Shown here: positions 15,012 to 27,937 of the stretch, one piece after another
Numbering within the stretch: the first letter of the stretch is position 1
How the letters are laid out: every line of letters starts with the position of its first letter
Assembly (NCBI RefSeq): GCF_020860705.1
Contig: NZ_JAJBTT010000044.1
Span: 9,204-73,203 of the forward strand
Direction of reading: 5' to 3'
From: Akkermansia sp.
GTDB lineage: Bacteria; Verrucomicrobiota; Verrucomicrobiia; Verrucomicrobiales; Akkermansiaceae
Length of the DNA stretch: 64,000 nucleotides
The notes under the pieces: generated by a model
What the model saw: the letters and a program-made list of their open reading frames with translations, nothing else
Database searches by the model: none
What the model was told of the DNA's origin: nothing
Position numbers and translations under genes: made by a program

Positions 15012-16820
15012 ATGGGAAGGATTGATGAAGACAGCATCCGGCGCGTTCTGGAAGCCACTGACATTGTGGATGTGGTGGGATCCTATCTTTCCCTGAAAAG
15101 GGCCGGGTCCCGGTGGAAGGCGTGCTGTCCGTTCCACAATGAAAAAACGCCTTCCTTCATCGTGGACCAGAGCCGGCAGAACTTTAAATGCTTCGGTTGC
15201 GGGGAAGGGGGGTCCGCCATCACCTTCGTAATGAAGATGGAGAACCTGGGCTTTGCGGATACCGTCCGGAGGCTGGCGGAAAAAGCGGGGATCTCCATTG
15301 TGGAGGAGGTGTATGACGCTGCGGAGGAAAAGCGGCGCAAGGCGCGCACGGCTTTGCTGGTGGCCCACAAGAAGGCGGCAGATTTTTTTCACCGGCTTCT
15401 TCTCCGCTCCCCGAAAGCGGCGGAGGCCAGGGCCTACCTGAATTCCCGCGGCTACGGGGCGGCCATGGCCAAGCGCTGGCAGGTAGGCTGGGCTCCGGAA
15501 TCCTCACGGGAGTTCCTGGCCTGGGCGCGTGCGGAGGGCCTTCCGGACCAGGTTTTGATTGATTCCGGCCTGGCCAACCGCGGGGAGCGCGGCGATTTGT
15601 ACGCCCGGTTCCGGGACAGGCTGATGTTCCCCATCAACAACGTGTACGGGGAATGCGTGGCGTTTTCCGGCCGCATTCTGCGGCCCCAGGAAAACGTGGG
15701 CAAGTACGTCAATTCTCCGGAAACGTCCATTTTCAAGAAGGGGGACGTGGTGTTTGCGCTGGACAGAGCGCGCGGCCCCATGGGGAAGAGCGGAAAGGCG
15801 CTGTTGTGCGAAGGGCAGATTGACGTCATCGCCTGCCATGAAGCGGGGCTTTCCTTTGCCGTGGCTCCGCTGGGAACGGCGTTCACGCCGGAACACGCCA
15901 GGATTCTGTCACGCTACGCTTCCCGGATTGTGCTGTGTTTTGACGCGGACAAGGCGGGCATGGCGGCGGCGGACCGCGCCTTCCGGGAGCTGGCTCCTTT
16001 CGGCAAGGATGTTTACCTGGTGAACCTTCCTGCGGGGGACGATCCGGACTCCTTCATGAAGAGGGAGGGGAGGGAAGCGTTCTCGGAGATGGTGGATCAG
16101 GCCCGCCCTTTCTTTGAAGTCCGCATTGAACGCGCCAAGGAACGCGGCCTGCTGAATGACGCCGCCGCCAGCGCCGCGTTTGCCCGTGAGATGACGGCCC
16201 TGCTGGCCTGCATGAGCGATCCCGTGGCCCGTGACCTGGCTACGGCGGATGTCGCCACCAGGATGCGCACGACCGTGAATGGCCTGCGGAGCGCCGTGAG
16301 AACGGCCGGCCGCCGCAAGGGGAAGGAGCAGGCCCAGTCCGCGGACCGCACGGCCGCCATGGAGATGGAGGACGCCCAGGCGCTTCCTCCCGTGAAGATG
16401 GACCGCGCAGTAGCCGTACTCTGTGAATTATCCCTCCAGAACGCCCGTGCGCAAGGACTTATTGCGGACCGCATTGAGGAGTTGCTGGAACCGATGCGGA
16501 TGCTGCAAGGGGGCGGAATTCTGAAAAAAATCCTGGCCCGGCTGCCTTCCCCGGACAGTCCTGCGGCCATCCAGGCCTTTCTGGCGTCCCTGCCCCAGCC
16601 GGAACGGGACGCCCTGGACTTGCTGAATCTGGACCCGGTACCCATTCCGGACGTGGACAGGAGCGTTCAGGAAGCCTGCTCCGGCATTGCGAAGGCCGCT
16701 CTGGAGAGGCACATCGCCTCCCTGATGGCAGAACTTGCGGACCCCTCCACGGATGCCGCCAGAAGGCTTGAATTATCGAAACTTAGTGTTGACTTGAAAC
16801 GTTTACTGGGTACAATGTAG
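15012..16820 (+). CDS. dnaG: DNA primase
   Basis: Zinc-ribbon CPFHNEKTPSFIV...FKCFGCGEGG and TOPRIM LCEGQIDVIA...VLCFDADKAG. Confidence 0.9.
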   Translation: MGRIDEDSIRRVLEATDIVDVVGSYLSLKRAGSRWKACCPFHNEKTPSFIVDQSRQNFKCFGCGEGGSAITFVMKMENLGFADTVRRLAEKAGISIVEEVYDAAEEKRRKARTALLVAHKKAADFFHRLLLRSPKAAEARAYLNSRGYGAAMAKRWQVGWAPESSREFLAWARAEGLPDQVLIDSGLANRGERGDLYARFRDRLMFPINNVYGECVAFSGRILRPQENVGKYVNSPETSIFKKGDVVFALDRARGPMGKSGKALLCEGQIDVIACHEAGLSFAVAPLGTAFTPEHARILSRYASRIVLCFDADKAGMAAADRAFRELAPFGKDVYLVNLPAGDDPDSFMKREGREAFSEMVDQARPFFEVRIERAKERGLLNDAAASAAFAREMTALLACMSDPVARDLATADVATRMRTTVNGLRSAVRTAGRRKGKEQAQSADRTAAMEMEDAQALPPVKMDRAVAVLCELSLQNARAQGLIADRIEELLEPMRMLQGGGILKKILARLPSPDSPAAIQAFLASLPQPERDALDLLNLDPVPIPDVDRSVQEACSGIAKAALERHIASLMAELADPSTDAARRLELSKLSVDLKRLLGTM

Positions 16821-16879
16821 TGCCTCGATACCTCCGGGTATTGATATAATGGTGAATTGCGCCCTGTTCTTTTCAAGAT

Positions 16880-18964
16880 ATGTCCAAATCCGGTGACCCA
16901 TCCTCCTCTTCTCCCAAGAAGACTCCCTCCAGCAAGAAAGCTTCTGAATCCAAGGAAAAAGTAGCGGCCAAACCTGCTGCAAAAAATTCCAAAACCGCTT
17001 CCGCCCCCAAGGCGGCTCCTGCCAAGAAAGCCCCCGCCAAGGCTGCCGCTCCGGCGGCCAAAAAACCTGCGCCCGCCAAACCCGCTGCGGAAAAGAAGGC
17101 CCCGGTGAAAAAGGCATCTCCGGCTCCCGCCCCCAAAAAGGCGGCGGCCCCGTCCAAGAAGTCTGCCGCTGCTCCCAAAAAAGCTCCCGCGCCCGCCGCG
17201 GACAAAAAGGCCCCTGCCAGGCCGGTGGAGAAAAAGCCCGCCGAGAAGAAGGCCGCGAAATCTTCCTCCAAGGGGGAAACTCCCAAGAAGTTGAGTGAAA
17301 TTCTGGAAGAGGAACGCAAAAAGGCCGCCAGCCGTAAAATCACGAATCCGATTGACGCCCCGGAAATCCAGGAGAAAATCCGTGAACTGATCAAGCTGGC
17401 CAAGGAGCAGGGCTACCTGACCTTTGACGACATTAATGACTCCCTTCCCAACGACATCGTTGACCAGCAGGATTACGAGGCCATCATGGACCGACTGCGC
17501 AGCATGGCGTTTGACATCATTGACGCGTCCGACGTGGACAGCTACACGGACCGCACCCGCATCAACACGGAGGAAGAGGACGAAGAGGAAAAGCTGGAAG
17601 CCAAGATGGACATTCTGGACGATCCCGTCCGCATGTACCTCAAGCAGATGGGCCAGGTGTCCCTCCTTACCCGTGAAGAGGAAGTAGCCATTTCCAAGAG
17701 GATTGAGGATGCGGAACAGAACGTCCAGCGCTGCGTGCACCGGTTCGGCTTCATTGCGAATGCCTATCTGGACGTGGCCTACCGCCTGCTTGACAACGAG
17801 GAACGTTTTGACCGCGTCATTCTTGACAAGAAGATCGACTCCCGCGAACGCTACATGAAGGGGCTGGCCCAGCTTTGCGCCCAGATCCAGCAGACCCATC
17901 AGGACGCCTCCGCCGCCTTCCGCAAGCTGTACCGCAGCAAGGAGGTTGCCAAATCCGTGAAAGCCCGCCAGGCCGAATTCGACAAGATTACCGGCGTCCT
18001 GGTGAAGCTCTTCGGCCGCCTGTATTTCAAGCACAAGGTGATTGAGGATTTCTGCTCCATGATTGACGAAGCCCGCGACCGCGTGCTCCGCATGCAGAAA
18101 AAGATTGCCCAGAACCCGGAAAACAAGGAGCTCAAGGAACACCTTGCGGAACTGGAACTGCGCATGTGGATGACCGCGGATGAAATGGGAGAGGCCTACC
18201 AGGAACTCCGGAAGTGGCTCCGCGAAGCCCGCAGGGCCAAGGATGAAATGGTGGAAGCCAACCTTCGACTGGTCATCTCCATTGCGAAGAAATACACCAA
18301 CCGCGGCCTTTCCTTCCTGGACCTGATTCAGGAGGGCAACATGGGCCTGATGAAGGCGGTGGAAAAATTCGAATACCGCCGCGGCTACAAGTTCTCTACG
18401 TACGCCACCTGGTGGATCCGCCAGGCCATTACCCGTTCCATTGCGGACCAGGCCCGCACCATCCGCATTCCCGTGCACATGATTGAAACCATCAATAAAT
18501 TGATGCGCGTTCAGAAGCAGCTGGTGCAGGAATACGGCCGCGAACCCACGCCGGAAGAAATCGCGGAGGAAATCCACCTGCCCGTGGAACGCGTGCGTTC
18601 CGTGCTGAAGATGGCCCAGCAGCCCATTTCCCTGCAGGCTCCCGTGGGGGATTCCGATGATACCTCCTTCGGTGACTTCATTGAAGACAAGGCGGCGGAA
18701 AATCCCATGGAAGAAGCCTCCTTCTCCTTCCTGAAAGAAAAAATCAAGGACGTGCTGGACACCCTCACGGACCGTGAGCGCGAGGTCATTGAACAGCGCT
18801 TCGGCCTCCGGGACGGCAGCCCCCGCACCCTGGAGGAAGTGGGCCGCCAGTTCAGCGTCACCCGCGAACGCATCCGCCAGATTGAGGCCAAGGCCCTCCG
18901 GAAGCTGCGCCACCCCACGCGCATCAGCAAGATCAAGGGATTCCTGGAAATGACGGAATCCTGA
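16880..18964 (+). CDS. rpoD: Primary RNA polymerase sigma factor with long Lys/Ala/Pro-rich N-terminal extension
   Basis: Regions 1.2-4 present ([85 protein letters not shown]). The first ~135 aa are AKKAP-type repeats. Confidence 0.92.
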   Translation: MSKSGDPSSSSPKKTPSSKKASESKEKVAAKPAAKNSKTASAPKAAPAKKAPAKAAAPAAKKPAPAKPAAEKKAPVKKASPAPAPKKAAAPSKKSAAAPKKAPAPAADKKAPARPVEKKPAEKKAAKSSSKGETPKKLSEILEEERKKAASRKITNPIDAPEIQEKIRELIKLAKEQGYLTFDDINDSLPNDIVDQQDYEAIMDRLRSMAFDIIDASDVDSYTDRTRINTEEEDEEEKLEAKMDILDDPVRMYLKQMGQVSLLTREEEVAISKRIEDAEQNVQRCVHRFGFIANAYLDVAYRLLDNEERFDRVILDKKIDSRERYMKGLAQLCAQIQQTHQDASAAFRKLYRSKEVAKSVKARQAEFDKITGVLVKLFGRLYFKHKVIEDFCSMIDEARDRVLRMQKKIAQNPENKELKEHLAELELRMWMTADEMGEAYQELRKWLREARRAKDEMVEANLRLVISIAKKYTNRGLSFLDLIQEGNMGLMKAVEKFEYRRGYKFSTYATWWIRQAITRSIADQARTIRIPVHMIETINKLMRVQKQLVQEYGREPTPEEIAEEIHLPVERVRSVLKMAQQPISLQAPVGDSDDTSFGDFIEDKAAENPMEEASFSFLKEKIKDVLDTLTDREREVIEQRFGLRDGSPRTLEEVGRQFSVTRERIRQIEAKALRKLRHPTRISKIKGFLEMTES

Positions 18965-18984
18965 CCGGATTTGCGCCGCATGCC

Positions 18985-19734
18985 ATGCTACGCTCCATGG
19001 TCATGAAGACCTGCGTGGCCGCGGCATGCGGCATTCTTGTTTTACTGGCTTCCTGTTCCGGCAGCGGCGAATTCAAGCCGTCGTTCAACCAGCCTCTCCA
19101 GCCCGTGATGCAGCCGGGCTTTGTCTATGTGGACCAGGTGGCCCCGCTGGTGAAGACCAATCTGAAGTATGCCGGGTATGACAACTTTGTGGGGCGGCCG
19201 CTGGACGGCTACCATGGCAAAAGGGCCATCCTGCGCACTCCGGCGGCGAACGCCCTGAAAAAAGTTTCCGAAGACCTGTACAGGCAGGGCTACCTGCTGG
19301 AGATTTATGACGCCTACCGTCCGCACACCGCCGTGCTGGACATCTGCCAATGGGGCGCTGATGCCGCCGACCAGAAGATGAAGGCCCGGTATTATCCGAA
19401 CATTGACAAGGCCAAGGTCTTTGGAGACCACTATGTGCGCGATTTTTCGGAACATTCCCGCGGCGTGGCCGTGGACGTCTCCCTGCTGCATGCCAACACC
19501 GGAAAGCCCGTGGACATGGGCGGCCACCATGACCTGCTGGACCCCAGCTCCGCCACGGACTCCACGCTGGTGACCCCCGCCCAGCACCGGAACCGGATGA
19601 TTCTGAAGAAGGCTTTTGAAAAACAGGGGTTTGCCAACTACTCTCCGGAATGGTGGCATTACCGCCTGCTGAATGAACCGGCCCCCACCCTGCATTATTA
19701 TTTCCCGGTATGGGACGGCATGGCTGCGCGGTAG
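18985..19734 (+). CDS. D-alanyl-D-alanine dipeptidase (VanX/DdpX, peptidase M15D) with lipoprotein-type signal
   Basis: LEIYDAYRPHTAV, SEHSRGVAVDVSL and SPEWWHY motifs. N-terminal LVLLASCSG lipobox. Confidence 0.8.
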   Translation: MLRSMVMKTCVAAACGILVLLASCSGSGEFKPSFNQPLQPVMQPGFVYVDQVAPLVKTNLKYAGYDNFVGRPLDGYHGKRAILRTPAANALKKVSEDLYRQGYLLEIYDAYRPHTAVLDICQWGADAADQKMKARYYPNIDKAKVFGDHYVRDFSEHSRGVAVDVSLLHANTGKPVDMGGHHDLLDPSSATDSTLVTPAQHRNRMILKKAFEKQGFANYSPEWWHYRLLNEPAPTLHYYFPVWDGMAAR

Positions 19735-19823
19735 CGCATCGGATGACAAGGACGGGTTAAAGCCGGGTATTTTATCCTTTGATTTTTTGCATCGCGCGAA
19801 TAGGATAGCGGAACCTTAAAGAA

Positions 19824-20885
19824 TTGGACCAGATGAAAGAGGAACCTTCCCATCATTCCGTGTTGCAGCCGGACGCCTTCCGTTGGGCGGCTGTGATAGC
19901 GCTCCCCCTCCGCCTGGTAGTGGGCTGGACGTATTTCTCCGCCTTCTGGCGCCGCCTGGTGCTGGAAAACAAGCTGATTCCGGATGATCCGGGGTACATC
20001 GGCGTCAAATTCAACCATTTCCTGCCCAATGCGCTGGGAATCAAGCCGGCCATTGAGTATCTGGTGACGCACCCGTCCGAACTCTGGTGGTTCATGGTGG
20101 TCTTTACCGTCATTGAATGCCTGGTCGGGTTGATGCTCATGCTGGGGCTGCTGACGCGCCTGGTGAGCGTGGGCGTTTTTTTCCTGGCGCTGGGGATTCT
20201 GCTGGGTTCCGGCTGGCTGGGCACCACCTGCCTGGATGAATGGCAGATAGGTATTCTGGGCATGTGCGCGGGGCTTCTTCTTTTCCTGACGGGGGGAGGC
20301 TCCTGCTCCCTGGACAGCAAGCTGGTGCGGCTTTCCTGCTGTGAGCGCCGTTCCTCCCTGTTTGCCTGGGTGGCGTCCGGTCCGCTGCCGCTGGGCTACC
20401 GGAAGATGGCCCGGATTTCCATCTGGGGAGCCGTATTCATGATGCTGGTCACGCTGGGGACCAACCAGTTCTTTCATGGCGGCGTCTGGGGGCCGCTTCA
20501 CAACAAATCCGTGAACCCCCTGCTGGAAGTCAGCGGGGCTTCCCTGTCCGGGCAGGAACTGCGCTTCAACGTATTCCGCACGGAAGGCGTGGATACCTAC
20601 GGCTCTTTTCTCGTCCGCATCCGGCTGACGGACGGCCAGGGAAACACCCTGTGGAAGATGGAAGCGGACGAGCTTTCCTCCCTCCCTCCATCCGCCATTG
20701 AGAACGATTATCTGGCGCGGATCAAGCCGGGAGCCTTCGGGCTGGTCGTTCCGCTGGGGGCCAAAGCCGGCGTGACGCTTCCTGCGGCTCTGCCCGTGAT
20801 TCCGGAAGGCCCGGTTTCCGTGGTGCTGACGGATGTAAGCGGCAAGGAATGGTCCGCCCCGGTTCGGAAAGACGGGGGTGTATGA
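19824..20885 (+). CDS. DoxX/DoxD-family membrane protein with C-terminal extracytoplasmic domain (possible DoxD-DoxA-like fusion)
   Basis: Four or more predicted TM helices in the first ~220 aa with DoxD-like spacing, then a soluble beta-rich ~130 aa tail. Assignment from memory of the family only. Confidence 0.45.
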   Translation: MDQMKEEPSHHSVLQPDAFRWAAVIALPLRLVVGWTYFSAFWRRLVLENKLIPDDPGYIGVKFNHFLPNALGIKPAIEYLVTHPSELWWFMVVFTVIECLVGLMLMLGLLTRLVSVGVFFLALGILLGSGWLGTTCLDEWQIGILGMCAGLLLFLTGGGSCSLDSKLVRLSCCERRSSLFAWVASGPLPLGYRKMARISIWGAVFMMLVTLGTNQFFHGGVWGPLHNKSVNPLLEVSGASLSGQELRFNVFRTEGVDTYGSFLVRIRLTDGQGNTLWKMEADELSSLPPSAIENDYLARIKPGAFGLVVPLGAKAGVTLPAALPVIPEGPVSVVLTDVSGKEWSAPVRKDGGV

Positions 20886-21064
20886 CCAAGGCCCGGAAGG
20901 GAGGGGCAGGACGGGGGAAGGGATCGGTTTTCCGGCAGGAGGACTTCCTCCTGCCGCCTACTCTCTTCCGCAACAATTTTCTTTGCCGTAATTTTTTCTT
21001 TTTTCAGGCTTATACGTCAATTTCCATCTTGACGAGGCTGCCGGGAAGGGTAAAAGGAGGATTA

Positions 21065-21469
21065 ATGAAAACTACCCTTTGTATTCTCTGTCTTGCCTTC
21101 CTTTCTTCCATCTCTCCGGCGCAGGAAACGCTGAAATCCCTTCTCAAGGAAAGGGAGCAGCTTTTAACCAGCATGGCTGAACTGGCGCAGCAACAGTACA
21201 AATCCGGTATTGTTCCCTGGGAGGAAGCGACTCAAGCCAAGTTGAAACTGCTGGAATTCCGCCGTGATAACGCTGAATCCCTGAAAGAAGGCGTTGCCGT
21301 TCAGAAGGAACTGGTCAAGTTTCTGGAGCAGGCCTCCCGGGATGCGGAAAAGGCTCTCGCTTCCAGTGTGGGCGATCAAATGATGGTTCTCAAGGCTCGT
21401 GAAGCGTGGATTGCGGCCAAATATACCTTGCTCTCCATGGAAAGTCGTTTGGCCGGGGAAGGGAAATAG
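21065..21469 (+). CDS. Small secreted coiled-coil protein (hypothetical)
   Basis: AGGAGG 6 nt upstream of ATG. Signal peptide [21 protein letters not shown], rest helical and charged. Confidence 0.6.
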   Translation: MKTTLCILCLAFLSSISPAQETLKSLLKEREQLLTSMAELAQQQYKSGIVPWEEATQAKLKLLEFRRDNAESLKEGVAVQKELVKFLEQASRDAEKALASSVGDQMMVLKAREAWIAAKYTLLSMESRLAGEGK

Positions 21470-21695
21470 CCGGAGGCTGCGGTCGCACGGGTGACCGTGC
21501 AAACGGCATTTGTTCATGCCGGGTTTCTCCATGCCGCTGAAAGGCGCGCATGGCTGTTGTGCATGATGGTTCCCCCTGTTGGGAAAGCCCCTGTTTTCTT
21601 TCTGATGGCATGGGGCCAGGGTATTCATGCAGCGTTTGCCGTTGGACGCATCTCTTCCGGATGCGGCGGCAGACCGCAACCCATGTTGAAACATC

Positions 21696-22109
21696 ATGTC
21701 CGACGAGAAAAACAATGATTCATCCTTCCGTTTTCCGGAATCGGATGAACAGCGGTTCCTGGATAAAATGGAACGGCTGGAAGGCAAGCTGGATGATCTG
21801 GAGCAGCAAGTGCTCCAGGCTCTGGCTGAAGTGGAAATCCCGAACACCTGGCTGAAGGAATGGGAAAAATTCACGGACTCCGTGTCCGAACCTGACGAAC
21901 GGAAAATCCGGGAGTGGGTGGAAACCCAGCTGCGCAAATTGAAGGGGTTTGAAGTTCTGGACCGGCTGGAACAGGACCAGATCGCATCCCTGTATCAGGA
22001 CGCCCTCCTGTTTTCACGGGAGATCTTGTCCAGAAAAGAGAAACTCAGCGGCGTGCTCACGGAGGAAGAACGTGATGTGCTGAACTATATTCAAAATTCA
22101 GTCCGATAA
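21696..22109 (+). CDS. Acidic coiled-coil hypothetical protein
   Basis: 137-aa ORF rich in E/D/L with no signal peptide. It stops 5 nt before the next gene. Confidence 0.5.
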   Translation: MSDEKNNDSSFRFPESDEQRFLDKMERLEGKLDDLEQQVLQALAEVEIPNTWLKEWEKFTDSVSEPDERKIREWVETQLRKLKGFEVLDRLEQDQIASLYQDALLFSREILSRKEKLSGVLTEEERDVLNYIQNSVR

Positions 22110-22114
22110 ATACC

Positions 22115-23128
22115 ATGACTCCATTACTTCATCTCAGACACCTGTTTGACTTTATTGCTACCAGGTATTTTTCCCACCGGGACGGGGGACGCAGACTGGA
22201 TGCCTTTCTTGTTCAGGAAGGCCATGCGGCGCTTCCTCATTATAATTATATCATGGAAAGGCTTTTGGGGCTGCCCCTGACCCTGCATTCCGCTTTAGTT
22301 CAAATATTGGCCGGCATTGTGACGGCCAGGATAAGTTGCCACATTCATTACAGGAACAATACGCATTATCCTGCCTCCATTCCCACTTGGATCACTTTTT
22401 CCCGGTATGCCTACCTTAATCCGGGAGGCGGAGGGTATCTGATGGGAATGGCGCCGCATCCTGACGCGGCCCTTCTGCCAGGGGTTCCATTGGCCTCCCT
22501 GAATCCTGCTTTCTCTCCTTTTGGCGGAGCAACCGGTTACGATCCCGCCAGCGGACATGTTCATGTGCGCCATGGGTTTAATGCCTACATCAAGCAGGAG
22601 GTTGACGAGAACGGTGATTGCAACGTGTATGTGGCGTTTCGCGGAACGGATATGGGGCATGGGAATGTTTTTGTTCCCAATGTACTGACGGATTTTTTCC
22701 AGTTGTATTCCTGTGACATTTGCTACATCCGGGCGGCGGGATTGATTCGCCATTTGTTGAATCATGTTCCGGGAATAGTATCCGTGCGGGCTACCGGGCA
22801 TTCCCTGGGCGGCGGCATGGCCCAATTCGGAGTGGCGGCCAATGTGCCGTTTCCTCTCCCGGTCAGCGGCGTTGCGGTCAATGCCGCGGGATTGTCCAAC
22901 GCTTCCCTGCAGGCGCTGGGTACAGCCCATTTGACCGCCGCTGCCGGCGTATTGGACCATATAACCACTTATTGTGATCCGGTCAGCACGTATGGCGGAG
23001 GATTGGTGGGAGGCCGGTACCGCATTCCCAGGCAGAATGCGCCTCTTTCCAACGGCCATGGCATTGCCGATGCAGCCGCCTGTTATATGGCGGCAGGGGG
23101 AGGAATCATTCCGGCAGATCCCCGCTAG
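22115..23128 (+). CDS. Lipase class 3-like alpha/beta hydrolase, no signal peptide
   Basis: VYVAFRGTD, nucleophile elbow ATGHSLGGGMA, downstream YCDPV and NGHGI candidates for Asp/His of the triad. Confidence 0.65.
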   Translation: MTPLLHLRHLFDFIATRYFSHRDGGRRLDAFLVQEGHAALPHYNYIMERLLGLPLTLHSALVQILAGIVTARISCHIHYRNNTHYPASIPTWITFSRYAYLNPGGGGYLMGMAPHPDAALLPGVPLASLNPAFSPFGGATGYDPASGHVHVRHGFNAYIKQEVDENGDCNVYVAFRGTDMGHGNVFVPNVLTDFFQLYSCDICYIRAAGLIRHLLNHVPGIVSVRATGHSLGGGMAQFGVAANVPFPLPVSGVAVNAAGLSNASLQALGTAHLTAAAGVLDHITTYCDPVSTYGGGLVGGRYRIPRQNAPLSNGHGIADAAACYMAAGGGIIPADPR

Positions 23129-23207
23129 GGGGCCGGAGGAAGTGGGATGCCGGAAGGAATGCCTTGAAGTGCTTCCCGGCAGTTCTCATGCTTCCCATCA
23201 AGAGCGC

Positions 23208-23239
23208 AAGCCGTCCCATTGCTGGCAATGGGACGGCTT
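23208..23239. terminator. Hairpin between convergent genes (lipase-like + / rpiB-glyA -)
   Basis: aagccgtcccattgc / gcaatgggacggctt near-perfect 14-15 bp stem. Confidence 0.5.
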
Positions 23240-23260
23240 GAACGTGAAAAGGCAATTTGA

Positions 23261-24961
<1,701 letters not shown>

Positions 24962-25061
24962 TGCTGACGGGCAAGGATACTGCCTTATTTCCCTGCGGCT
25001 GGCAAGTCCCGGATTCATGCCGGAGCGTTCCGGGAGGCGCTGCGCCCCGTTTTCCGCCGGG

Positions 25062-25099
25062 AAAAAAAGCGCCCCGGTTCCTGAAGGAGACCGGGGCGC
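25062..25099 (-). terminator. Rho-independent terminator of the prc-like gene
   Basis: On the minus strand: gcgccccggt / accggggcgc 10-bp stem followed by TTTTTTT. Confidence 0.65.
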
Positions 25100-25124
25100 A
25101 TGGTGGAGAATGGGAAAGGAGCCT

Positions 25125-27344
25125 TTATCTTCCGGAGGATTCCAGCTTCAGCATATCCTGGACAATGTTGATTCCTTCCCGGAGTTCGGGATCCAGGCCG
25201 GAGGGATATTCCGGGGAATCATCCAGTTCCGCCGTGGGATCTTCCGCCAGGTGCATGAATTGTTCATTATCCTTGTCCGGGTCCGCCAGGGGGAGTTCCT
25301 TGGCGTTGACGTCGTCCAGCGTCAGGCGGTAAATCTTATACTTGGTGGAGTCTTCCTTGGCCATTTCCGCGAAGCGGCCCTTGCGTTCCTTGTTGATGGA
25401 TTTGCGGCGTTCTTCCAGGGTGGAGTTTTCCTGTTCACGGGCCTTCTTGTTCAGGGAGAGCTTGTTTTCCTTGATGCGCTGCTTCATCATGGCGATGTCT
25501 TCCTTGGCCAGCTGAAGGTCGCGGTCTTTTTCCACGCGTTTGGCGCTGGCTTCCTTCAATGCGGGCAGCATGGCCGCGATGGAAGAGTCCTTCTTGTAAT
25601 TGGTGCAGGGAGAGATCTGGTCATAGGGCATCGCGTAGTCCAGGATTTCTTCCCCCAGTTCAAACGCGGCCGTAGCCGTGGGCAGTTGGATGTCGCTCTC
25701 CACCCCTTTCAGCTGGGTGGAGCCGCCCGCCACGCGGTAGAACTTCTGGGTAGTGACTTTCAGCAGGCCGGCGCGGTCACGGGCCGCAAAGAAGGGCAGG
25801 TACTGGCCGATGTCCACCGGCTGTTGCACGGAACCCTTCCCGAAGGTGGAGCTGTCGCCCACAATCACGGCGCGGCCATAGTCCTGGAGGGCCGCGGCCA
25901 GAATTTCAGAGGCGGAGGCGCTGAGCTTGTTGATGAGCACTACAATGGGTCCGTTGAAGAGCTTCTGGCGGTTGTGGGCGGATTTGATGTCCACGTTGCC
26001 GCGGGTGTCCTTAATCTGCACCACGGGGCCGTTTCCGGTAAAGAAGCCCGTCATCAGGCGCACTTCCTCCAGGGAGCCGCCGCCGTTGTTGCGGAGGTCA
26101 ATGACCAGGCCGTCCACCTTTTCCCTGTTCATCCGTTCCAGGATTCTTTTAACGTCCTTGGCGCAGCGGCGGTCGCCGCCTTCCATGTCCGCATAGAAGG
26201 AGGGAAGGCTCAGGATGCCGATGCGGTTCTGCCCTTCCGGCGCTCCGGTGAGCTCAATGATTTCTCCTTTGGCCAGCTCATCCTTCAACGGCACCTTGGA
26301 CCGGGTCAGCGTGACGATCTTGGCCTGTCCGGGCGCGTCCGCCGGTTCCACCTTCAGGCGCATCTGGGTATTTTCAGCTCCGCGGATCATGTCCACCACC
26401 TTGTCCAGCTTCAGGAACAGGATGTCCACCATTTCTCCGGAGTTATTGGAGTCAATGGCTACGATGCGGTCGTTCAGCTTGAGCTCTCCGGATTTGTCCG
26501 CCGGACCGCCCACGACGATGCCGGTGATCTTGGTGGAGCCGTCGTCCTCACTGCCCAGCAAAGCGCCGATGCCGGTGAGTTCCGTGCCCATGGAAATCTT
26601 GAACCGGTCCACCTGGCGGGCGCCCATGTAGTCCGTATGGGGGTCATAGGTCAGGGCTACGGCGCTGAGCAGGGTTTCCGCCACGTCTTCAAGGTCCGTT
26701 TCCTGAATGTTGCGCTGGATGCGTTCATAGCGCATGAGCAGTTTTTCCTCCGCAGGCTTTTCATTAGCCAGGGGATCGGGCTTGTTCTGTTCCTTCGCCA
26801 GGCGCGCCACGGTTTCACGGCGCAGGATTTCAGACAGGAGCTGTTCCTCCACCATGTCTTTCCAGACCTGCTGCATTTCCTCCTCATCCTTAGGCCATGT
26901 GGCGGTTTTGCGGCGGGAGCGTTCAATGGACCTGTCCTTGTCAAAAGTAAAGCCGCCCTTCTTCAGCAGGTCCCGGGCATAGGCGATGCGCTGCATGGCG
27001 CGCTGGCGGTACAGGGCGTGCATGGCCTGGGCCGCGTCCATCATCTGGCCGGACATCAGGTAGTCGTCCAGTTCCTTGCCGTATTTCTTCTTGAGGGCGT
27101 CCACATCCTGCTGGGTGAAGAAAATCTTGTTGGGATCCACCTTGCGCAGGTAAGTTTCCAGGAATTTACCGGACAGTTCGTCACTGAATTCCTTGCGGGA
27201 GAAGTGGAAGTTCTGGAGCAGGAGGGACATTTGCTTGCCCACCTGGTTGAAATCCGTAGCCGCAGAGGCGCAGGAAGTGATGGCGGCTGCGGCCAGGGCC
27301 GAGAGTGCTGTAAGTCGAATCCAACGGAATGAGTGCATGTTCAT
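25125..27344 (-). CDS. prc: Carboxy-terminal processing (tail-specific) protease, peptidase S41
   Basis: Signal peptide, PDZ segment, S41 core ([12 protein letters not shown]...[26 protein letters not shown]); 739 aa, Prc/Tsp-like size. Confidence 0.85.
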   Translation of the reverse strand: MNMHSFRWIRLTALSALAAAAITSCASAATDFNQVGKQMSLLLQNFHFSRKEFSDELSGKFLETYLRKVDPNKIFFTQQDVDALKKKYGKELDDYLMSGQMMDAAQAMHALYRQRAMQRIAYARDLLKKGGFTFDKDRSIERSRRKTATWPKDEEEMQQVWKDMVEEQLLSEILRRETVARLAKEQNKPDPLANEKPAEEKLLMRYERIQRNIQETDLEDVAETLLSAVALTYDPHTDYMGARQVDRFKISMGTELTGIGALLGSEDDGSTKITGIVVGGPADKSGELKLNDRIVAIDSNNSGEMVDILFLKLDKVVDMIRGAENTQMRLKVEPADAPGQAKIVTLTRSKVPLKDELAKGEIIELTGAPEGQNRIGILSLPSFYADMEGGDRRCAKDVKRILERMNREKVDGLVIDLRNNGGGSLEEVRLMTGFFTGNGPVVQIKDTRGNVDIKSAHNRQKLFNGPIVVLINKLSASASEILAAALQDYGRAVIVGDSSTFGKGSVQQPVDIGQYLPFFAARDRAGLLKVTTQKFYRVAGGSTQLKGVESDIQLPTATAAFELGEEILDYAMPYDQISPCTNYKKDSSIAAMLPALKEASAKRVEKDRDLQLAKEDIAMMKQRIKENKLSLNKKAREQENSTLEERRKSINKERKGRFAEMAKEDSTKYKIYRLTLDDVNAKELPLADPDKDNEQFMHLAEDPTAELDDSPEYPSGLDPELREGINIVQDMLKLESSGR

Positions 27345-27937
27345 AACGGAAAATGGTGCAGTTTTCTCCCCGGGCGGAGAAAAGCCGGTGCTGGGATGTG
27401 AGTGTTACTGATTTGCATGTGATTGTCTATCTTATAAAATGTCCACATGACGCTATTTTTCCCTTGCCCATGGCCTCGGGCAAAGAGCGCCGGGAACCAG
27501 GGCGGAAAGCCGGGGCATGCGGATGGGAGTGGTGCGGATAACGCAGTACCGGGAAGCTGCTGCCGTTCTTTTCCGTCAGCGTTTTCCGGAAAAATAAACG
27601 TTTTCTTCAGGATGTTTACGGCCCTCATGAGGGCATTCCTCTGATCGCTGGTAATTCACCCTATCAACTATAAGAAGAATGTGAATCACGGATCTTGGTT
27701 AGAGGAATGGAAGAAGGCACGATGAAAATAGACCAGGATGGTTTTTTCTCCTGTCAATGGTTTCATGTGGCGTTTGTCCCGGAATCTGGGGAAGGGGCGG
27801 TGCAAGGGAAATATTCATGCGTTTCTTGATGATGGCGGCGTTGGCCCGGGGCGCAATTTGAGGCATTCCCAGCCACGGTGATGCAGAATCATCAATTCGG
27901 GATTGAGGTCATGGAGGTTTTTTGTACACTTCGCGTG

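Noticed and set aside
24962-25061. Looked for a ZTP, THF or glycine riboswitch in the 5' region of the rpiB-glyA fusion gene.
   Set aside because: No recognisable conserved cores were seen (for example GGGUCGUGACUGGCG...CCGCCUGGGC for ZTP). An Infernal scan would be the proper test.
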